Assembly (NCBI GenBank): GCA_964528315.1 | Contig: CAZGRO010000003.1 | Coordinates: 1-49,328, forward strand | Origin: an uncultured Candidatus Bathyarchaeia archaeon | Lineage (GTDB): Archaea > Thermoproteota > Bathyarchaeia > 40CM-2-53-6 > JALHTG01 | DNA length: 49,328 bases | Direction of reading: 5' to 3' | Shown here: in pieces, positions 45,166 through 49,328 of the stretch | Position numbering within the stretch: the first letter of the stretch is position 1 | How the letters are laid out: each line of letters begins with the position of its first letter | Position numbers and translations under genes: made by a program | Notes under the pieces: generated by a model | Seen by the model: only the letters and a program-made list of their open reading frames with translations | The model's database searches: none | What the model was told of the DNA's origin: nothing

Positions 45166-47130
45166 ATGTCAAACATGGCGATGCCTTTGATGGAACGTGG
45201 TGAGCAGGTCTTGGATGAGGCAGACCGTGAAAAGCATGCAGAGCCGTGGCCTTACCTAGTCGCAGTGTTGGCACTCGCAATCGGTGTGTGTCTTCTCTTG
45301 GACGGTATTGCCGGAGGTGTCCCGCTGGAGATCAACATACCGTTGTTGAACGAGCCCGCAACGATTTCGGCAATAATCTACCACGCGGCCGCCCTTGTCA
45401 TAGGCGGATACGTCGGGATCCTTGGGTTGAGAGAGCTCATCTTTGAAAGGAGATTCTCGGTTGAAGTTTTGATGGCTATGGCAGCGCTAGGCGCAGTATA
45501 CCTGCATTACCACTTCGAAGCGGTTACAGTGTTGCTGCTCTACTCATTGGCTGAACACTTCGAACATTACATCGAGGACAGGGCGAGAAAGACGATCGAG
45601 AAGCTTTCAGAATACATGCCTGATGTGGCAAGAATCATAGAGGGTGGCGTTGAGAAGACTGTGGCCGTGAAAGAGGTCGCTTCTGGGATGACTATGGTTG
45701 TGAGGCCTGGGGAGAGGATGCCGTTGGACGGCAGGGTGGTTGAAGGATCCTCTTACGTCGATCAATCAGTTGTGACCGGGGAATCTGTTCCAGTGCTGAA
45801 GAGGGAGAACGACATCATCTATGCAGGGACCTTGAACACGGGTGGTCTGTTAAGAGTATCGGTCACGAAGAGTGTCGAACACACGCTGGTGTCGAGGATT
45901 GTCCAACTCGTAATGGCGTCGAGGAAGAGGAAAGCGTCCATTGAGAGACTTGTCGACAGGTTCGCTCGCGTCTACGTTCCAATAGTAATTCTTCTTGCTG
46001 TGCTCACAGCCTTCCTCGCGCCAAGAATCCTAGGAGGAGCCGCTGATACTTGGTTATACCGGTCACTGATATTCCTCGTCATTTCCTGTCCGAGCGCGTT
46101 CCTCGTGTCAGTCCCAGCGACCGTTTTCACAGCGATAACTGTAGCAGCCAGAAAAGGCGTGATTGTGAAAGGTGGGGCATATGTCGAGAAGATGGCCCAG
46201 GTAAAGGCCGTTGTTTTCGATAAGACAGGCACCTTGACTCTGGGCAAACCAACAGTGTTCGAGGCAAGCACGTTCGCAAGCTTTGACAAGAATCTTCTAG
46301 GCCTTGTAGCAGCGCTAGAACAGTATTCGAATCATCCGATGGCTGACGCCATTGTAAAAGCGGCGTCAGACGAAGGATCGGATTTCAGAAGGCTACAGGT
46401 TCGTGATCTCCAAGAAATTCCTGGAAAAGGCATGGTGGGCACGGTTGAAGGAATGAAGGTTGCTGTGGGCAACAGGGAACTTATGAAAGAATACGGTTCG
46501 AATCAGCAAGATTTGGTTGAAACGTTCCACGATAAGCACACCTGCGTATTCGTTTCAGTTAACGATTCTATTATGTCGGCCTTCTGTCTTGCGGACGATG
46601 TTAGAAGGGACGCGATTCAGGCAATCAAATTCTTGAAGGAAAGCAAGATCCACACTGCGATGCTGACAGGTGACAGAGGCAGTATTGCAGAAGATATCGC
46701 AAGCAGGCTCGGAATGGATGAGGTGTATGCAGAGTTGCTTCCTGAAGACAAGCTGCGCATTATGGACAACATCAAAGCTCGGCACGGGTTGGTGGCGATG
46801 GTGGGCGATGGGGTGAATGATGCCCCGGCGCTGGCAGCATCGGATGTTGGCATAGCGATGGGAGGGGGAGGAATTGATGTTGCGTTGGAGTCCGCTGATG
46901 TTGTGCTTGTGAAAGATGAGCTGGCCATGATACCATATCTCCTGAAGTTGAGCGAGGTCGCTGTGAAGGTCTCGAAGCAGAACATAGCTGCCTCACTAGG
47001 AGTTAAGCTGATGCTAGGCGTACTGGGGTTCCTAGGTTTCATTCCTCTATGGTTTGCAGTGGCTGCCGGAGACGACGGGTTAACGATGCTTGTACTGCTT
47101 AACACGCTACGGCTTGTCAGAATCAGGTAG
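45166..47130 (+). CDS. Heavy-metal translocating P1B-type ATPase
   Basis: Actuator motif TGES (VTGESVP), TM6 motif SCPSA (CPS variant of CPx), phosphorylation site DKTGTLT, then TGD and GDGVNDAPAL. There is no N-terminal HMA (CxxC) domain. Confidence 0.9.
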   Translation: MSNMAMPLMERGEQVLDEADREKHAEPWPYLVAVLALAIGVCLLLDGIAGGVPLEINIPLLNEPATISAIIYHAAALVIGGYVGILGLRELIFERRFSVEVLMAMAALGAVYLHYHFEAVTVLLLYSLAEHFEHYIEDRARKTIEKLSEYMPDVARIIEGGVEKTVAVKEVASGMTMVVRPGERMPLDGRVVEGSSYVDQSVVTGESVPVLKRENDIIYAGTLNTGGLLRVSVTKSVEHTLVSRIVQLVMASRKRKASIERLVDRFARVYVPIVILLAVLTAFLAPRILGGAADTWLYRSLIFLVISCPSAFLVSVPATVFTAITVAARKGVIVKGGAYVEKMAQVKAVVFDKTGTLTLGKPTVFEASTFASFDKNLLGLVAALEQYSNHPMADAIVKAASDEGSDFRRLQVRDLQEIPGKGMVGTVEGMKVAVGNRELMKEYGSNQQDLVETFHDKHTCVFVSVNDSIMSAFCLADDVRRDAIQAIKFLKESKIHTAMLTGDRGSIAEDIASRLGMDEVYAELLPEDKLRIMDNIKARHGLVAMVGDGVNDAPALAASDVGIAMGGGGIDVALESADVVLVKDELAMIPYLLKLSEVAVKVSKQNIAASLGVKLMLGVLGFLGFIPLWFAVAAGDDGLTMLVLLNTLRLVRIR

Positions 47131-47159
47131 GCTATGCGGAAGTGAGAGGGTACGCGTCC

Positions 47160-47951
47160 TCACTGATCTTGTTTTCTTGAAACAGGAAGTGGCGCGTGCG
47201 CTAGGTCCTCACTTGAGCGGGTCATCTTCTCTTGGTTAAGTTCCTTGATCGATTGCGATTTGTCCGGGCTTTCTCTCTGGATAGTTCGCAGTCTCGCATG
47301 TTTGTCAATTGCTATTCGTAGTTCCCCATGAAATCTCTTCACGAGCGCGTTTTCAATGCGTATTATGTCGCCGACCGAAAACGTGTCTATGTGATCATTC
47401 CAGAGAGAAAGCGTAGTCGTTCCGCTTTCATCCTTGATTGTTGCCGTGGAAAGAAGAAGCTCCTTTCCCGATCTCGACAGAACAGTTCTGGGAGTGGACT
47501 TCTCAACGATCGTTGCCTCAAGATTGAACCGCCGGGTTCGAAAGCACAAGTCTTTGATCGCTAGGTCCTCGGGTTCAGGGAGACTGGATTTGGTGGAGGC
47601 ATATCCCACAAACTGAAAATGATCGAGCTCTGTCTCTTTCAGTAATCTGAGCATTTCTGATGTTAGCCTAAGTTGGGTCATGATCTGCCCGTCGCGTGTT
47701 ATCAGGAAGACTCCATGATCTTCAGTTATCTGACGCCTCGTGACAGATATGTCTCCGAAGGAGGATTTCCCTTTGAGCCACGCATCGACGATGTGGTTGA
47801 AGAGCCCGGATGTTTCGATTTCGTGTTTCTTTGAGAGTCTGACCAGATAGGCGAATGAGTTCCGGTTAGGGAGAGAATGCCATGGTTTGCCTGGCCTTCC
47901 TCTCGCTCCCCGCGAAACATCCAGGGTAAGGACTCTCAACTCAACCACCAC
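47160..47951 (-). CDS. Hypothetical nucleic-acid-binding protein: RHH-like N-terminus + C-terminal OB fold
   Basis: GTG start. The N-terminus HSLPNRNSFAYLVRLSKKHEIETSGLFNHIVDAWL has a ribbon-helix-helix pattern. The C-terminus FNLEATIVEKSTPRTVLSRSGKELLLSTATIKDESGTTTLSLWNDHIDTFSVGDIIRIENALVKRFHGELRI is a typical RPA/SSB-type OB barrel. Confidence 0.55.
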   Translation of the reverse strand: MVVELRVLTLDVSRGARGRPGKPWHSLPNRNSFAYLVRLSKKHEIETSGLFNHIVDAWLKGKSSFGDISVTRRQITEDHGVFLITRDGQIMTQLRLTSEMLRLLKETELDHFQFVGYASTKSSLPEPEDLAIKDLCFRTRRFNLEATIVEKSTPRTVLSRSGKELLLSTATIKDESGTTTLSLWNDHIDTFSVGDIIRIENALVKRFHGELRIAIDKHARLRTIQRESPDKSQSIKELNQEKMTRSSEDLAHAPLPVSRKQDQ

Positions 47952-48090
47952 ATGTAGTGACCATCCTCCTCTTTAACCTGCACGGCTGCAAATAGACAAA
48001 AACCCAAATACCGCCAACTCCGACAACAAGAATCCGCCAGAACGAGCAATGGGACCGGGCTGATCCACTCGGCTAGGAGACCGAAGACCC

Positions 48091-48711
48091 ATGAACACGC
48101 CTAAATCGGAGAAACACCCCCCTGCAAGAACAGATAACGTGAGTAGTCTCCCTTCAAGAACAAAGAGTCTGAAGATTCTTAAAGAAGCTGGATGCGATGA
48201 AAGCGTCCTCAGTCACAGCCTTCTAGTCACAAAGGTCGCTATGGAGATCGCTTCCTTAGTCAATCACCGGCATAAAGTGAATCTTCGCCTGGTCGAGATC
48301 GGAGCTCTTCTTCATGACATCGGAAGGTCCAAGACTCACGGGATAACTCATGGTGCTGAAGGAGCAGAGATTCTTGAGAGACTTGGTTATCCAGAGCAAT
48401 TGGTTCGACTTGTACGAAACCATGTGGGAGCAGGGATACCGCGTGAAGAGGCCTCCGTGATAGGCCTGCCTCCCAATGACTACACTCCTGCAACTATTGA
48501 AGAGAAGGTCGTGTGCTACGCAGACAAACTAGTTAGCGGAAATACGCGAATTTCCTTTGAAGAAGCCTTGAACGCCTTTGCTGAAGACTTGGGCTGGAAG
48601 CATCCTGGGATAACTCGCTTTCGAGACCTGCATCGCGAGATTACGCAGATGGCAGGAGGCACAGTCAGTGAAGCTGACACTGTTGGAGAAGATTCCGCGG
48701 GAAAGAGATAG
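48091..48711 (+). CDS. HD-domain metal-dependent phosphohydrolase
   Basis: H...HD motif (SHSLLV...GALLHDIGR) followed by THGAEGAEIL, VRNHVGAG and YADKL. Confidence 0.8.
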   Translation: MNTPKSEKHPPARTDNVSSLPSRTKSLKILKEAGCDESVLSHSLLVTKVAMEIASLVNHRHKVNLRLVEIGALLHDIGRSKTHGITHGAEGAEILERLGYPEQLVRLVRNHVGAGIPREEASVIGLPPNDYTPATIEEKVVCYADKLVSGNTRISFEEALNAFAEDLGWKHPGITRFRDLHREITQMAGGTVSEADTVGEDSAGKR

Positions 48712-49328
48712 AAGGTTCATATCTGAACTGGAAAAGAGACTCAGCGAAGTCACTTCCGGGCTTGTGGTAGAGTTCGAGATTCTCGGCTTAACAGACCGAC
48801 GTATGCCAACGGTTCAGGTCTCAGGTGAAGACGAAGAAGCAGTCGCTGAGATTCTCAGAAAATCGTTCGGTTTCGCCCCGAAGAACATCCGCGACCTGAG
48901 AAACCGACCGGTGCAGAAAAGCTTCATAGAAAAAGCCTTAGAGCAGAAAGACCTTGTAACGGTGGATGTTGGACTGGAAGACTCCGCGTCTTTTCGTGGC
49001 GTTCTAAGAGCGGAAAGGTTGAGTGCGCAGCTTTTTGATGGCGCTTTGGTTCCGCTCCACAAGATGATTTCGAGATTCGGTTTTTTTGAAGACTTTCCGT
49101 TGGAGATACGGGTAGTCTCCTGCGACGAAGCTGGTCAAGAGGCACAGGTCGAGTTATCCGATCGTCAAAGGGATGTGCTTGAAGAATGGAAACGGCTCCC
49201 ATTCGACCGAATCATTATCCAGAATAGCACAGCATCAGAGGTCTCAAACGCGGTGAGAAAGGCTGCGCTTGAGAGAGATATCGCGGGCGTGGAGAGCCTC
49301 TCACTCGGCACCCATAGCTTGATCTGCA
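48668..49328 (+). CDS. Conserved archaeal hypothetical protein (possibly DUF2110-like), 3' end beyond window
   Basis: The open frame runs from the GTG at 48668 to the window edge with no stop (VKLTLLEKIPRERDRRFISELEKRL...). It overlaps the HD gene by 44 nt in another frame and is absent from the ORF track because it is truncated. The family name is from memory only. Confidence 0.55.
   Translation, partial: MKLTLLEKIPRERDRRFISELEKRLSEVTSGLVVEFEILGLTDRRMPTVQVSGEDEEAVAEILRKSFGFAPKNIRDLRNRPVQKSFIEKALEQKDLVTVDVGLEDSASFRGVLRAERLSAQLFDGALVPLHKMISRFGFFEDFPLEIRVVSCDEAGQEAQVELSDRQRDVLEEWKRLPFDRIIIQNSTASEVSNAVRKAALERDIAGVESLSLGTHSLIC

Noticed and set aside
46495-46504. GGTTCGAATC, a tRNA T-loop-like string
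   Set aside because: It lies inside the ATPase CDS, and the flanks cannot form T-stem or acceptor pairing. I found no tRNA cloverleaf anywhere in the window.
46617-47105. 162-aa minus-strand ORF inside the P-type ATPase gene
   Set aside because: It is a shadow ORF rich in Ser/Ala/Pro, and the opposite strand carries the GDGVNDAPAL motif.
1-49328. CRISPR arrays, transposases, integrases, rRNA, SRP RNA
   Set aside because: I scanned intergenic regions by eye for spaced direct repeats, DDE or tyrosine-recombinase motifs and conserved RNA cores, and found none. A computational scan would be more sensitive.

Overview
This 49.3-kb window is from an archaeal chromosome. Archaeal markers are TFE, MBF1, NAC, ribosomal protein L18e, aTrm56 and a eukaryote-type topoisomerase IB, which points to a TACK lineage (Nitrososphaerota- or Bathyarchaeia-like). 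A class III (anaerobic) ribonucleotide reductase and several radical-SAM enzymes suggest an anaerobe. I can support about 50 protein-coding genes. By eye I found no rRNA, tRNA, CRISPR array, transposase or integrase. The right half (34-49 kb) is housekeeping: pyrB/pyrI, Topo IB, L18e, adk, NAC, an S9 peptidase, a PUA protein, MBF1, Trm56, TFE, a P1B ATPase and an HD hydrolase. The left and middle parts are more accessory. They hold surface-anchored proteins, a RiPP-type radical-SAM/SPASM maturase with a fused recognition domain, a KaiC-like ATPase, a PAS histidine kinase with a response regulator, two ABC importers, and nrdD next to an atypical radical-SAM gene. My best candidate for an undescribed module is a ~100-aa helical protein present in two paralogous copies (41/99 identities, ungapped, hand count). 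Each copy lies directly downstream of a protein carrying a P-loop-less KaiC/RecA-like domain: once a KaiC-like ATPase, once a REC-domain response regulator. The second candidate is the orphan archaeal RRE-rSAM-SPASM maturase, which sits beside a membrane-anchored protein with a possible caspase/CHAT-like fold. All product names rest on motif recognition by eye. No database search was run, and start codons (many forced TTG) are provisional.
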